Assembly (NCBI GenBank): GCA_017643965.1
Contig: JAEPMM010000001.1
Location: forward strand, 1 to 46,717
Source of the DNA: Marinobacter sp.
GTDB taxonomy: Bacteria > Pseudomonadota > Gammaproteobacteria > Pseudomonadales > Oleiphilaceae
DNA: 46,717 bases
Reading direction: 5' to 3'
Every line of letters begins with the position of its first letter. Position 1 is the stretch's first letter. A program made the translations under genes and the position numbers. Below the pieces are notes generated by a model. That model was given only the letters and a program-made list of their open reading frames with translations. It did not search any database and had not been told where the DNA came from. Positions 8,304 to 18,793 of the stretch are shown one piece after another.

Positions 8304-9863
8304 ATGCGCCTGACTGATCGCCACAGTCTACCAGAAGACCTTTACTCCGCAGACGCTGTGCGGGAGATTGATCGCTATGTGATTGATCAGCAGGGTGTTG
8401 ATGGATTCGGGCTGATGCAGTCGGCGGCCGCTGCCGTGTTCCGTCGGCTGATGCAGAGGTGGCCCGAGCCGCGTCGCCTTCTGGTGTTGTGTGGCGCGGG
8501 TAACAACGGCGGTGACGGGTACCTGGTGGCGGCGGCCGCCCAGCGCCATGGCATACCGGTTGATTGCGTGGCCGTTGCACCGGTGGAGAAACTGTCAGGC
8601 GATGCGCGCCGGGCCTGGCAGAAAGCCTGCAGTGACAGTGTCGAGGTCAAAGACCTGCAGACGTTGTCCGCCTCGGAGCGTGATCAGCACTTCACGTCGG
8701 CGTCGCTGATTGTCGACGCCATGCTGGGTACGGGTGTGGCCGGTGCGCCCCGGGAACCGTTCGCGGAGATGATCCGGCGGTGCCAGCACTCGCCTGTCGC
8801 CGTAGTGGCGGTGGATCTGCCGTCCGGGTTGAATGCTACCACCGGTGCGGCGCCGGGTGATGTGGTTCGTGCCGATCTTACCGTGACGTTTATCGGTCTC
8901 AAGGCTGGCCTGTTCACCGGGCAGGGTCCCGAAGCGTGTGGGGCTCTGTGTTTTGAGTCCCTGGGCACGGAACCCTGGTTGCCGCATTCAGGTCAGATGC
9001 CGATAGCCCATCGCATTGACTGGTCTGTGCTGCAGGCGAGCCTGCCGCGCCGGCCACTGACTGCCCACAAGGGGCGGTTCGGGCACGTGCTGGTGGTGGC
9101 CGGTGATCGGGGTTTCGGCGGGGCAGGGATTCTGGCGGCTGAGGCGGCGGCCCGCAGCGGCGCCGGGCTGGTTACCCTGGCCACCCGACCCGAACATGCG
9201 GCGCCGGCGTTGGCGCGGTGCCCCTCGATCATGGTGCAGGGGCTGATCCATGGGTCGGAATTGCCCGCCCTGGTGGAAGCGGCGGACGTGATTGTCTGTG
9301 GTCCGGGCATTGGCCAGAGCGCCTGGGGCCAGCAAATGTTGCAGCAGGTGGTGGCCAGCGGCAAACCCCGGGTTCTGGATGCCGATGCACTGAACCTGAT
9401 GTCGTCGCGGGTGGCGGTGCGGGACAACGACCATATACTTACCCCCCACCCCGGGGAGGCGGCGCGGCTTCTGGGTTGCCCGGTGGCGGAAATTGAAGCT
9501 GACCGGATCAAGGCGACGGCGAAACTCTGCGAGGTCTACGGCGGCACGGTGCTGCTGAAAGGCGCCGGTACCGTGGTCGGTTGTGAAGAAGCCTTGCCGG
9601 CCATTGTCAGCGGGAGCAATCCGGGGATGGCAACGGGCGGCATGGGGGATGTGCTGGCCGGTATCGTCGGTGCACTTTATGGCCAGTTCGGGCATCCTGC
9701 CACGGCAGCCAGAATGGGCGCAGCTCTGCATCTGGCAGCGGCGCAGCGGGCAACCCTGAGCAAAGGCTACATGGGGCTGCTGCCGACCGATGTGATTGAT
9801 GCATTGCCGTCGGTGCTGGCGGAGGCGGAGCAGCTCAACATCCATGAGGGAACAGCGGAATAA
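8304..9863 (+). CDS. nnr: Bifunctional NAD(P)H-hydrate epimerase/dehydratase Nnr (YjeF)
   Basis: CGAGNNGGDG, VDLPSG, HKGRFG, DADAL, LTPHPGEAARLLG and GGMGDVLAG. Confidence 0.95.
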   Translation: MRLTDRHSLPEDLYSADAVREIDRYVIDQQGVDGFGLMQSAAAAVFRRLMQRWPEPRRLLVLCGAGNNGGDGYLVAAAAQRHGIPVDCVAVAPVEKLSGDARRAWQKACSDSVEVKDLQTLSASERDQHFTSASLIVDAMLGTGVAGAPREPFAEMIRRCQHSPVAVVAVDLPSGLNATTGAAPGDVVRADLTVTFIGLKAGLFTGQGPEACGALCFESLGTEPWLPHSGQMPIAHRIDWSVLQASLPRRPLTAHKGRFGHVLVVAGDRGFGGAGILAAEAAARSGAGLVTLATRPEHAAPALARCPSIMVQGLIHGSELPALVEAADVIVCGPGIGQSAWGQQMLQQVVASGKPRVLDADALNLMSSRVAVRDNDHILTPHPGEAARLLGCPVAEIEADRIKATAKLCEVYGGTVLLKGAGTVVGCEEALPAIVSGSNPGMATGGMGDVLAGIVGALYGQFGHPATAARMGAALHLAAAQRATLSKGYMGLLPTDVIDALPSVLAEAEQLNIHEGTAE

Positions 9864-10366
9864 TGGTGGCTATGCAATCAACTGAGTCCGGCACCCGGGT
9901 TTTTCTCGCCGACGAGGCGGAAACCGAGGCGCTGGGCCAACGGCTTGCGGGCCTGATCAGAGCGGAAGGTCGGGGTGTGACAATCTTCCTCGAGGGCAAC
10001 CTCGGCATGGGCAAGACCACCCTGAGCCGCGGTCTGATTCGCGGCCTGGGGCATGTGGGGGCGGTCAAAAGCCCCACGTATACGCTGGTGGAGCCCTACG
10101 AGCATCTGTGTCCTGCGGCCTATCATTTCGACCTGTACCGGTTGGGTGATCCGGAAGAACTGGAGTACATGGGCATTCGCGATTACTTCGAGAGCGGCGC
10201 CCTGTGCCTGATCGAGTGGCCGGAGCGGGGGCAGGGGGTTCTGCCAGCGGCGGATCTGACCGTGACCCTGGTACGGGAGGGCAGTGGACGTTCCGCGCAT
10301 ATCGTGGCTGGGACGGATGTCGGAGCCCGATTGGTGGTGGCTTTTAGCAGTGCTGAAACAGGATAA
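9863..10366 (+). CDS. tsaE: tRNA threonylcarbamoyladenosine biosynthesis ATPase TsaE
   Basis: GNLGMGKTT, VKSPTYTLVEPY, HFDLYRL and IEWPE; the start could be ATG 9872. Confidence 0.95.
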   Translation: MVAMQSTESGTRVFLADEAETEALGQRLAGLIRAEGRGVTIFLEGNLGMGKTTLSRGLIRGLGHVGAVKSPTYTLVEPYEHLCPAAYHFDLYRLGDPEELEYMGIRDYFESGALCLIEWPERGQGVLPAADLTVTLVREGSGRSAHIVAGTDVGARLVVAFSSAETG

Positions 10367-10407
10367 TCCGCGTCAATGCGGAACAGGATAAAAAGCGGGT
10401 ACGCAGT

Positions 10408-11769
10408 ATGAAAGACATCAAGGCAATGGGAAAATCGCTGGCGTCTGTCGCGCTGATGGCATTGCTGGCCTGGCCGGCTGTGATTGCGGCCGCCACGGGC
10501 GTTGAAGGCGCGCGGCTATGGCCTGCTCCCGATCACACGCGGCTGGTGTTGGACACTGCCGGCAAGGTGGACCACAACGTCTTTTCGCTGTCCGGCCCCG
10601 CGCGACTGGTGATCGACATGAAGAATGTCGACCTGAAAACCGATTTTTCCGGGCTCGATCTGTCGGGCAGTCCGATCAAGCGAATCCGCAGTGCCCGCCG
10701 CAATGGCAATGATCTGCGGGTGGTGCTGGACCTCAGGGACGACATCAAGCCACGGAGTTTTCAGCTTGAGCCTAACCAGCAATACGGCCATCGCCTGGTA
10801 GTCGACCTGATTGATGAGGGCGGGCTGAAAACCCAGAAGCCTGCCAAACCAACGGTGGCGCAGAACCCGAACGGCAAGCGCGACATTATCGTAGTGATCG
10901 ATGCCGGTCACGGTGGCGAAGATCCCGGCGCCATCGGCCCCAGAGGCACCCGCGAGAAAGACGTGGTGTTTTCCATGGCCAAGACATTGCAGAGTCTGAT
11001 CAACCAGAAGCCGGGATTCACCGCCAAGCTGACCCGTACCGGCGATTATTACATCGACCTGCGCAGCCGCACCCTGCTGGCAAGAAAGCACAATGCGGAT
11101 CTGTTCGTGTCCGTTCATGCGGACGCGTTCCGCACACCGCAACCCAGCGGCGCGTCGGTGTTTGCGCTGTCAGAGCGCGGGGCAACCAGTGAGTCCGCAC
11201 GTTGGCTGGCGCAGAGCGAGAACCGCTCGGACCTGATTGGTGGCGCCGGTGGCGTCTCCCTCAACGGACGCGATGAGATGCTTGCGGGCGTGCTGCTGGA
11301 TCTCTCCATGACCGCCAGCATCAACTCCAGCCTGGGTGTGGGCAGCTCGATCCTGGGCAAACTCGGCAACGTGACCAAGCTGCATAAGCGGGGTGTGGAG
11401 CAGGCGGCGTTCGTGGTGTTGAAGTCACCAGACATTCCCTCGTTGCTGGTGGAAGCGGGCTTCATCTCCAATCCGCAGGAAGAACGCAACCTGGCCAGCT
11501 CGGCCTACCAGCGCAAGCTGGCCAACGCCGTGTTTGACGGCATTTACGATTACTTTGCCAAGACGCCGCCTCCGGGCACCTTGCTGGCCCACCAGAAGGC
11601 CAACGGCAAGATTGGCGGCAATGTCAGTCAGTACCGAATACGCCGTGGCGACACGATGTCCACGCTGGCGCGGGAGAACCAGACATCCGTCAGCGAGTTG
11701 ATGCGGTTTAACGGCCTGAACAACGACCGTGTTATGGTAGGGCAAACCATTCGTATTCCCGCATCCTGA
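10408..11769 (+). CDS. amiB: N-acetylmuramoyl-L-alanine amidase AmiB (AMIN + Amidase_3 + LysM)
   Basis: Signal peptide, [28 protein letters not shown] and a C-terminal LysM ([10 protein letters not shown]...GQTIRIP); sits between tsaE and mutL. Confidence 0.9.
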   Translation: MKDIKAMGKSLASVALMALLAWPAVIAAATGVEGARLWPAPDHTRLVLDTAGKVDHNVFSLSGPARLVIDMKNVDLKTDFSGLDLSGSPIKRIRSARRNGNDLRVVLDLRDDIKPRSFQLEPNQQYGHRLVVDLIDEGGLKTQKPAKPTVAQNPNGKRDIIVVIDAGHGGEDPGAIGPRGTREKDVVFSMAKTLQSLINQKPGFTAKLTRTGDYYIDLRSRTLLARKHNADLFVSVHADAFRTPQPSGASVFALSERGATSESARWLAQSENRSDLIGGAGGVSLNGRDEMLAGVLLDLSMTASINSSLGVGSSILGKLGNVTKLHKRGVEQAAFVVLKSPDIPSLLVEAGFISNPQEERNLASSAYQRKLANAVFDGIYDYFAKTPPPGTLLAHQKANGKIGGNVSQYRIRRGDTMSTLARENQTSVSELMRFNGLNNDRVMVGQTIRIPAS

Positions 11770-11789
11770 TCAAGAGGTTTTCCCGAACT

Positions 11790-13709
11790 ATGCCCGCCAT
11801 ACGATTGCTGTCACCACGGCTTGCCAACCAGATTGCGGCCGGCGAAGTGGTGGAGCGCCCGGCCTCCGTGGTCAAGGAACTGGTGGAAAACGCCCTGGAT
11901 GCCGGCGCCAGCCGTGTCGATATCGATATAGAACAGGGTGGTGTGAAACTGATTCGGGTGCGCGATGACGGTTTCGGAATCGGAGAAGCGGATCTGCCGC
12001 TGGCACTCAGCCGCCATGCCACCAGCAAGATCGAGAGTCTCGACGATCTGGAGGCGGTGGCATCGCTGGGCTTTCGCGGTGAGGCGCTGGCCAGTATCAG
12101 TTCCGTATCCAGGCTGGCGCTGACATCCCGCACCGAGGAGCAGGAGGCGGCCTCCCGCGTCGAGGTTGAGGGGCGTGACATGGACGCCCGAATATCCCCG
12201 GCGGCGCACCCGGTCGGCACCACGGTCGAGGTGCGGGACCTGTTTTTCAATACGCCGGCCCGCCGCAAGTTCCTGCGCACCGAAAAGACCGAATTCAACC
12301 ACGTTGACGAGTGTGTGCGCCGGCAGGCTTTGAGCCGTTTTGATGCCGGCTTCACCCTGCGTCATAACCAGCGGGTGATCCAGAGCCTGCGCCCGGCGGT
12401 CAATGCGCTGGACAGAGAGCGGCGCATCGGCGCCCTGTGTGGGCAACAGTTTATCGACAACGCCGTGGTCATTGATGCCGAAGCCACGGGCTTGCGACTC
12501 TGGGGGTGGGTGGCATTGCCCACCTTCTCCCGCAGTCAGGCGGACCTGCAGTATTTCTTCGTTAATGGTCGCGTAATCCGTGACCGCCTGGTGGCTCACG
12601 CGGTGCGTCAGGCCTACCGCGATGTACTGTACAACAATCGCCACCCGGCATTTGTGCTCTACCTGGAAGTGGATCCGGCCACGGTGGACGTGAACGTTCA
12701 CCCCACCAAGCACGAGGTGCGATTCCGCGACGGCCGGCTGGTGCACGATTTTATCTTCCGAACGCTGCACAAAGCCCTGGCGGATGTGCGGCCAGATGAC
12801 CATTTGCGGGGTGCCGTCGCGCAATCTGCGGTGCGCGAGGGTTCGGAGGTCGCTGTTGTGGCCGGCTCGCAATCCGCCTACCCCGATGTCGCCAGCCAGG
12901 CCGAACAGCCTGCCAGCCGGAGCTGGGGGGAAACGGCGTCGGTGTTTGACTCCCGTGCAGGCAGCGCCCAGCCTCAGCCGCCGCAGCACCAGTGGCAGGC
13001 GCGGGACCAGATGGGCTTTTATCAGTCCCTGAACCAGGGCGGGGGGCTGGCAACTGCCCAGCAGGACGCGCCGGCCCGTGACTTCGCGGCCGGGCAGCCC
13101 ACCCCGCCGGTAGACAGTGAAGCCGAGCCACCTCTCGGTTACGCCATTGCCCAGCTCCACGGTATCTACATTCTTGCCCAGAGCCGTCAGGGCATGATTG
13201 TGGTGGATATGCACGCAGCTCATGAGCGTATCACCTACGAGCGCATGAAGCGGGCGCTGGAGGCGCAGGACCTCAAGAGCCAACCGCTGCTGGTGCCGGT
13301 ATCTCTAGCGGTCAGCCAGAAAGAGGCGGCGCTGGCGGAAACCCACGCCGGCGAGCTTCAGCAACTGGGGCTGCAGGTCGAGCGGATCGGGCCGGAAACC
13401 CTGGCCATTCGCCAGGTGCCTGCTCTGTTGCGGGGTGCCGACACCGAACAGCTTGTCCGGGACGTGTTGGCGGACCTGATCGAGAACGGCCAGAGCGATC
13501 GTGTCGAGGCGGTGACCCATGAATTGCTGGGTACGATGGCCTGCCACGGCTCCGTGCGGGCGAACCGCCAGTTGACCATTCCGGAAATGAACACGTTGCT
13601 GCGGGATATGGAAGCCACCGAGCGCAGTGGCCAGTGCAATCACGGTCGCCCGACCTGGACGGTGGTGACCTTGTCCGAGCTGGACAAGCTGTTCCTGCGG
13701 GGGCGTTGA
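11790..13709 (+). CDS. mutL: DNA mismatch repair endonuclease MutL
   Basis: [41 protein letters not shown] and CNHGRPT. Confidence 0.97.
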   Translation: MPAIRLLSPRLANQIAAGEVVERPASVVKELVENALDAGASRVDIDIEQGGVKLIRVRDDGFGIGEADLPLALSRHATSKIESLDDLEAVASLGFRGEALASISSVSRLALTSRTEEQEAASRVEVEGRDMDARISPAAHPVGTTVEVRDLFFNTPARRKFLRTEKTEFNHVDECVRRQALSRFDAGFTLRHNQRVIQSLRPAVNALDRERRIGALCGQQFIDNAVVIDAEATGLRLWGWVALPTFSRSQADLQYFFVNGRVIRDRLVAHAVRQAYRDVLYNNRHPAFVLYLEVDPATVDVNVHPTKHEVRFRDGRLVHDFIFRTLHKALADVRPDDHLRGAVAQSAVREGSEVAVVAGSQSAYPDVASQAEQPASRSWGETASVFDSRAGSAQPQPPQHQWQARDQMGFYQSLNQGGGLATAQQDAPARDFAAGQPTPPVDSEAEPPLGYAIAQLHGIYILAQSRQGMIVVDMHAAHERITYERMKRALEAQDLKSQPLLVPVSLAVSQKEAALAETHAGELQQLGLQVERIGPETLAIRQVPALLRGADTEQLVRDVLADLIENGQSDRVEAVTHELLGTMACHGSVRANRQLTIPEMNTLLRDMEATERSGQCNHGRPTWTVVTLSELDKLFLRGR

Positions 13710-13712
13710 AGC

Positions 13713-14765
13713 GTGGTGAACGAAAACCGGACCGGAGCAACGTCATTGCCGCTGGCCATTTTTCTGATGGGGCCAACCGCGTCCGGTAAGACCGACCTGG
13801 CGATGGCGCTGTGTTGGCGGTTGCCCTACGACATTATCAGCGTCGATGCGGCGATGATTTACCGTGGTATGGACATCGGCACCGCCAAGCCCACTGCCTC
13901 TGAACTGGCCCGTGCGCCGCACCGGTTGATCGACATCTGTGATCCGTCAGAGCGCTACTCCGCCGCGGATTTCCGTCGTGATGCCCTGCGGGAAATGACG
14001 GAGATCAGCCAGCGAGGCCGTATCCCCCTGTTGGTCGGCGGTACCATGATGTATTTCAAGGCGCTGCTCCACGGCATGTCTGATCTGCCTTCCGCCGACC
14101 CGGAGTTGCGGCGGACCCTGGAGCAGGAGGCAGAAGCCAGGGGGTGGGCGGCTCTGCACGATGAGCTCAGGGCCCGGGATCCGGTTGCAGCCGATCTGAT
14201 TCATCAGAATAACCGGCAGCGGTTGATGCGGGCGCTGGAGGTTATCCGCTTGACCGGCAAGCCCATTTCCGAGCTCTGGCAGGCGCAGGCAACAGGGGCA
14301 GGGCATCTCGGCTCGGTTGGCGCAAATGTCGAGGATTACACCTATTTTACGCAATGGCAGGCAGACGAAACCGCGTCGCTTCCGTATACTGTAGTGCAAC
14401 TCGCTGTCGCGCCACCTGACAGAAAGGTGCTTCACGAACGCATCTCCCGGCGATTTCAGAACATGCTGGATGCGGGCTTCCTTGAGGAAGTCCGCGAATT
14501 GATGAGTCGTGAGGATCTGAATGTCGGTCTGCCTTCCATGCGCTGTGTCGGATATCGACAGGCATGGCAACATCTGGCCGGCGATGACGATTACAACACC
14601 ATGGTCAGCAAGGGAGTGGCTGCAACCCGCCAACTCGCCAAACGGCAGTTGACCTGGTTGCGAAAGTGGTCCGATGTGACTTGGCTTGCCAGTGATGACA
14701 AACATATCATTGACGCTGCCTTGAAAAATATCAGACTTCGCACCACATTTAATTCTGAAAAATGA
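13713..14765 (+). CDS. miaA: tRNA dimethylallyltransferase MiaA
   Basis: [26 protein letters not shown] and [11 protein letters not shown]. Confidence 0.95.
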   Translation: MVNENRTGATSLPLAIFLMGPTASGKTDLAMALCWRLPYDIISVDAAMIYRGMDIGTAKPTASELARAPHRLIDICDPSERYSAADFRRDALREMTEISQRGRIPLLVGGTMMYFKALLHGMSDLPSADPELRRTLEQEAEARGWAALHDELRARDPVAADLIHQNNRQRLMRALEVIRLTGKPISELWQAQATGAGHLGSVGANVEDYTYFTQWQADETASLPYTVVQLAVAPPDRKVLHERISRRFQNMLDAGFLEEVRELMSREDLNVGLPSMRCVGYRQAWQHLAGDDDYNTMVSKGVAATRQLAKRQLTWLRKWSDVTWLASDDKHIIDAALKNIRLRTTFNSEK

Positions 14766-14799
14766 CGATCTGCACTTACTTATAAACAGGAGAAAACAC

Positions 14800-15051
14800 A
14801 TGTCAAAAGGGCATTCTTTACAAGACCCTTACCTCAATGCCTTGCGCAAGGAACGCATTCCGGTTTCTATATTTCTGGTTAATGGCATCAAGCTGCAGGG
14901 CCAGATTGAATCTTTCGACCAATTCGTGATTCTGCTGAAAAATACTGTCAGCCAGATGGTCTACAAACACGCAATTTCTACTGTGGTACCTGCCCGGAAT
15001 GTACGCATTCCCCAGCAGGCTCCCGGCGGAGAGGGTGAGGCTGAAGACTGA
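14800..15051 (+). CDS. hfq: RNA chaperone Hfq
   Basis: [18 protein letters not shown]...[11 protein letters not shown]; AGGAG ribosome-binding site. Confidence 0.98.
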   Translation: MSKGHSLQDPYLNALRKERIPVSIFLVNGIKLQGQIESFDQFVILLKNTVSQMVYKHAISTVVPARNVRIPQQAPGGEGEAED

Positions 15052-15074
15052 GTTGCCCGGTTCTCCGGTATTGC

Positions 15075-15130
15075 CACCCGCGTTTCCGACGAGCCCGCAA
15101 GGGTTCCGAGGACCGCGGGTGTTTGTTTTT
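15075..15130 (+). terminator. Possible intra-operon terminator hairpin after hfq
   Basis: CACCCGCG (15075-15082) pairs with CGCGGGTG (15114-15121). Apical GCCC-GCAA-GGGT hairpin, followed by TTTGTTTTT. Confidence 0.5.
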
Positions 15131-15172
15131 ATACACCAGACACTTTTTTGATGACCCAGGAGTTGCTGCCAA

Positions 15173-16471
15173 TTGTTTGAGCGTCCCGACGTTGGTGAAC
15201 GGGCGATCCTCGTCCACATTGATTTTACCTCCCACGAGGAGTCTGAAGATCCCGATGAGTTCCGGGAGCTGGTCACCTCTGCCGGTGTCGAACCCGTTGG
15301 TCTGGTTACGGGCTCGCGAAAACAGCCGAGTCCCCGGCTCTTCGTGGGGGAAGGCAAGCTTGAGGAGATCCGCGACGCGGTCAATGCCAACGAAGCCGAC
15401 GTGGTGCTGTTCAATCACTCGCTCAGCCCCTCCCAGGAGCGCAACATCGAGCGTGAACTCCAGTGCCGCGTACTCGACCGTACCGGGGTCATCCTCGATA
15501 TCTTTGCGCAGCGCGCTCGCACCCACGAGGGCAAGCTCCAGGTCGAGCTGGCCCAGCTGGAGCACATGTCGACACGGCTGATCCGTGGCTGGACCCACCT
15601 GGAGCGCCAGAAAGGCGGCATCGGCCTGCGTGGGCCGGGTGAAACCCAGTTGGAAACCGACCGCCGCCTGCTGCGTGAGCGGATCAAATCCATTCACAAG
15701 CGCCTTGAGAAGGTGCGCCGGCAGCGCAACCAGGGGCGCCGTGCCCGCAAGCGTGCGGACATCCCCACGGTATCGCTGGTGGGGTATACCAACGCCGGCA
15801 AGTCTACGTTGTTCAACCGTATTACCACTTCGACCGTATATGCTGCAGACCAGCTGTTTGCCACCCTGGATCCGACGCTGCGTCGTCTGGAACTTCCCGA
15901 TATCGGGGCGGTCGTAATGGCGGACACTGTGGGCTTCATTCGCCACCTGCCTCACAAGCTGGTAGAGGCATTCCGTGCGACGCTGGAGGAGACCACCCAG
16001 GCAACCCTGTTGCTTCATATCATCGATTGCCATGACAGCCGTCGGGATGAAAACATGGAGCAGGTCGAGGAAGTGCTGGCGGAAATCGGGGCAGACGAAA
16101 TTCCCATGCTTCAGGTGTTCAACAAGATCGATTTGCTGGACGACTTTACCCCCCGTGTGGAACGTAACGAAGACGGATTGCCGGTGAGGGTGTGGCTTTC
16201 GGCGGTCAGCGGGCAGGGCATTCAGGGATTGTTCGACGCGATTGTTGAGCGCCTTGCGGAGGATGTGGTCCACCACCATGTCCTGTTGGGACCGCAGGAC
16301 GGCAAATTGCGGGCCCTGCTGCATGAGGCCGGGTCGGTTGTGACCGAAGAGCACCGCGACAGCGGTGACACGGTTCTGGAAGTGCGCCTGCAGAATCGCG
16401 ACTGGCTTCAGTTATTGAGCCGCGCGGATGTGCGTGAACAGGACCTGAGAATCGACACTGGAACAGAGTAA
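15173..16471 (+). CDS. hflX: Ribosome rescue GTPase HflX
   Basis: TTG start; EGKLQVELAQL, GPGETQLE, GYTNAGKSTLFN, DTVGFI and NKID. Confidence 0.96.
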   Translation: MFERPDVGERAILVHIDFTSHEESEDPDEFRELVTSAGVEPVGLVTGSRKQPSPRLFVGEGKLEEIRDAVNANEADVVLFNHSLSPSQERNIERELQCRVLDRTGVILDIFAQRARTHEGKLQVELAQLEHMSTRLIRGWTHLERQKGGIGLRGPGETQLETDRRLLRERIKSIHKRLEKVRRQRNQGRRARKRADIPTVSLVGYTNAGKSTLFNRITTSTVYAADQLFATLDPTLRRLELPDIGAVVMADTVGFIRHLPHKLVEAFRATLEETTQATLLLHIIDCHDSRRDENMEQVEEVLAEIGADEIPMLQVFNKIDLLDDFTPRVERNEDGLPVRVWLSAVSGQGIQGLFDAIVERLAEDVVHHHVLLGPQDGKLRALLHEAGSVVTEEHRDSGDTVLEVRLQNRDWLQLLSRADVREQDLRIDTGTE

Positions 16472-16548
16472 ACGGTATCGCTATTGCCGGGGCGCTTATA
16501 AATCCCTAGTATTTGCAGCCATTCTATTAGTCAGGAACGGAGAGCACT

Positions 16549-17736
16549 ATGGCCTGGAATGAACCGGGTGGTAACCGTAACGACAACGATCCCTGGGGAA
16601 CCGGTGGTGGTCGTCGCGGCAATGATCAGGGTCCGCCAGACCTGGATGAGGCACTGAAAAAAGGCCTCGACAAACTCAACAAACTGCTGGGCGGCAAGGG
16701 CAACCGTTCCGGTGGGTCCGGCAGTGGTTCGTCATCCGGGAACAGCGGGGGGTTCGGCGCCATTCTGGCACTGGCAGGCATCCTCGTTGTGGGTTATGTC
16801 ATCTTCCAGTCGTTTTACACGGTGGATGAGCAGGAGCGCGCGGTTGTGCTGCGCTTCGGTGAGTTCAGCCGCACCGAGAACCCCGGCCTGCGTTTCAAGG
16901 TTCCGTTAATCGATGACGTCACCAAGGTGCGCGTGACCAACGTGCGCACGGCGGAATCGAGCGGCCAGATGCTGACCCAGGACGAGAACCTGGTCACCGT
17001 TGACCTGCAGGTTCAGTACCGGGTTGGCGATGCCAAAGCCTACGTTCTCAACATTCGTGACTCCAACGAAGCACTGGCGTTTGCCACCGATAGCGCCCTG
17101 CGCCATGAAGTGGGTAGTTCCACACTGGACCAGGTGCTCACCGAAGGCCGTGCCGAACTGGCGGTTCGGGTCGAGCAGCGTCTGCAGACGTTCCTGCGGG
17201 ATTATGGCGCGGGCCTCGAGATTGTCCGGGTCAACGTAGAGAGCACTCAGCCGCCTGATGCGGTACAGGATGCCTTCCGCGAAGTTCAGCGCGCCCGTGA
17301 AGACGAGCAGCGCGTGAAGGAAGAAGCCGAAACCTACCGCAACAAGGTGGTTCCGGAAGCCCGCGGTCAGGCCCAGCGCATGATCGAAGAAGCCCAGGCT
17401 TACAAGCAGGAAGTGATCGAGAGAGCGAACGGTGAAACTGCGCGTTTCCTTGCCATGCTTCAGGTTTACCAGACGTCTCCGGTCGTGACCCGCGAGCGCA
17501 TGTACCTGCAGGCGCTTGAAGGTGTGCTGTCTAACACCAGCAAGGTGCTGGTGGACACCGAGAGCAGCGGAAACATGATGTACCTGCCGCTGGACAGGCT
17601 GACCCAGAACCGCTCAGCGGGAGGTGGCAACAGCTCAGAAGGCTCTGATGGTCAGCCCAATATCCAGACGCTGACAGATCAGGTCATTCAGGAACTGCGC
17701 GGACGGCAGGACCCCGGCATTCGGAGGAGTAGATAA
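16549..17736 (+). CDS. hflK: FtsH protease modulator HflK
   Basis: MAWNEPG...DPWG...GPPDLDE N-terminus, single transmembrane helix and SPFH domain. Confidence 0.95.
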   Translation: MAWNEPGGNRNDNDPWGTGGGRRGNDQGPPDLDEALKKGLDKLNKLLGGKGNRSGGSGSGSSSGNSGGFGAILALAGILVVGYVIFQSFYTVDEQERAVVLRFGEFSRTENPGLRFKVPLIDDVTKVRVTNVRTAESSGQMLTQDENLVTVDLQVQYRVGDAKAYVLNIRDSNEALAFATDSALRHEVGSSTLDQVLTEGRAELAVRVEQRLQTFLRDYGAGLEIVRVNVESTQPPDAVQDAFREVQRAREDEQRVKEEAETYRNKVVPEARGQAQRMIEEAQAYKQEVIERANGETARFLAMLQVYQTSPVVTRERMYLQALEGVLSNTSKVLVDTESSGNMMYLPLDRLTQNRSAGGGNSSEGSDGQPNIQTLTDQVIQELRGRQDPGIRRSR

Positions 17737-17738
17737 TT

Positions 17739-18614
17739 ATGGGACCCAAAGGTGTAGTAGGCCTCGCAGGGGCCCTCATTGTAGTCCTGCTGGTTTTGTC
17801 GAGCGTTTACATCATTCCGGAGACCCATCGCGGCGTGAAGCTGCGTTTTGGTGAGCTGGTCCAGACCGATATGCAGGCAGGCCTCCATTTCAAGGTGCCG
17901 GTGATCGATCAGATTCGTGAGTTCGACATCCGGGTATTGACCATGGACCTACCGTCCCGTCAGTACCTGACCATCGAGAAGAAGCCGCTGGATGTGGATT
18001 CGTACATCGCCTGGAAGATTCGTGACGTGGACCAGTTCTACCGCGCCACCGGCGGCGACGAGTTCCGTGCCCAGTCACTGCTGCTGTCCCGCGTGGACAA
18101 CGGCCTTCGTGACGAGTTCGGTGTTCGTACCATGGTGGAGGTGGTGTCAGGTCAGCGTGACGAGCTGATGCATACCTTGCGTGATCGGGCCAACGAGACC
18201 GCGATCAAGGAGTTCGGGATCGAGATTCTGGATATCCGGGTCAAGGCCATCGAGTTCCCGGGCGAGGTCAGTGAGAACGTTTACCGCCGTATGGCGACTG
18301 AGCGTGAGAAGCTGGCCCAGGAATTCCGTTCCCGCGGCCGTGAGCTGGCGGAAGGTATTCGTGCCGATGCCGATCGACAGCGCACGGTGGTACTGGCGGA
18401 AGCTTTTGCCAGCGCCGAGGAAACCCGTGGTGAGGGCGACGGTGAGGCAGCCCGCATCTACGCCGATGCCTACGGCTCGAATGAAGAGTTCTACAGCTTC
18501 TATCGCAGCCTGCAGGCTTACCAGAATACGTTCTCCAGCAAGGACGATCTGATGGTGATCGATGCCAACAGCGACTTCCTGCGATTCCTCAAGGATCCCC
18601 AGGGCGGCCGCTAA
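17739..18614 (+). CDS. hflC: FtsH protease modulator HflC
   Basis: SPFH domain, GLHFKVP and EFYSFYRSLQAY; follows hflK. Confidence 0.95.
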   Translation: MGPKGVVGLAGALIVVLLVLSSVYIIPETHRGVKLRFGELVQTDMQAGLHFKVPVIDQIREFDIRVLTMDLPSRQYLTIEKKPLDVDSYIAWKIRDVDQFYRATGGDEFRAQSLLLSRVDNGLRDEFGVRTMVEVVSGQRDELMHTLRDRANETAIKEFGIEILDIRVKAIEFPGEVSENVYRRMATEREKLAQEFRSRGRELAEGIRADADRQRTVVLAEAFASAEETRGEGDGEAARIYADAYGSNEEFYSFYRSLQAYQNTFSSKDDLMVIDANSDFLRFLKDPQGGR

Positions 18615-18632
18615 GCGCCATCCGCTGTGGTC

Positions 18633-18665
18633 AAAACCGGAATACCTCGGTATTCCGGTTTTTTT
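18633..18665 (+). terminator. Rho-independent terminator after hflC
   Basis: AAAACCGGAATACC-TC-GGTATTCCGGTTTT inverted repeat plus T-run. Confidence 0.85.
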
Positions 18666-18793
18666 GTGTCTGGCAACAGTGTAAAATTCTGCCGGTTTTG
18701 GTTCGGGTTTTCTCCTGCTCCCGACTTCGCCCTAAATCCTGTGCACTCCCGCCGCCTCTGGTTGACGCGGGGCAGAACGGACAACGGAATCTC

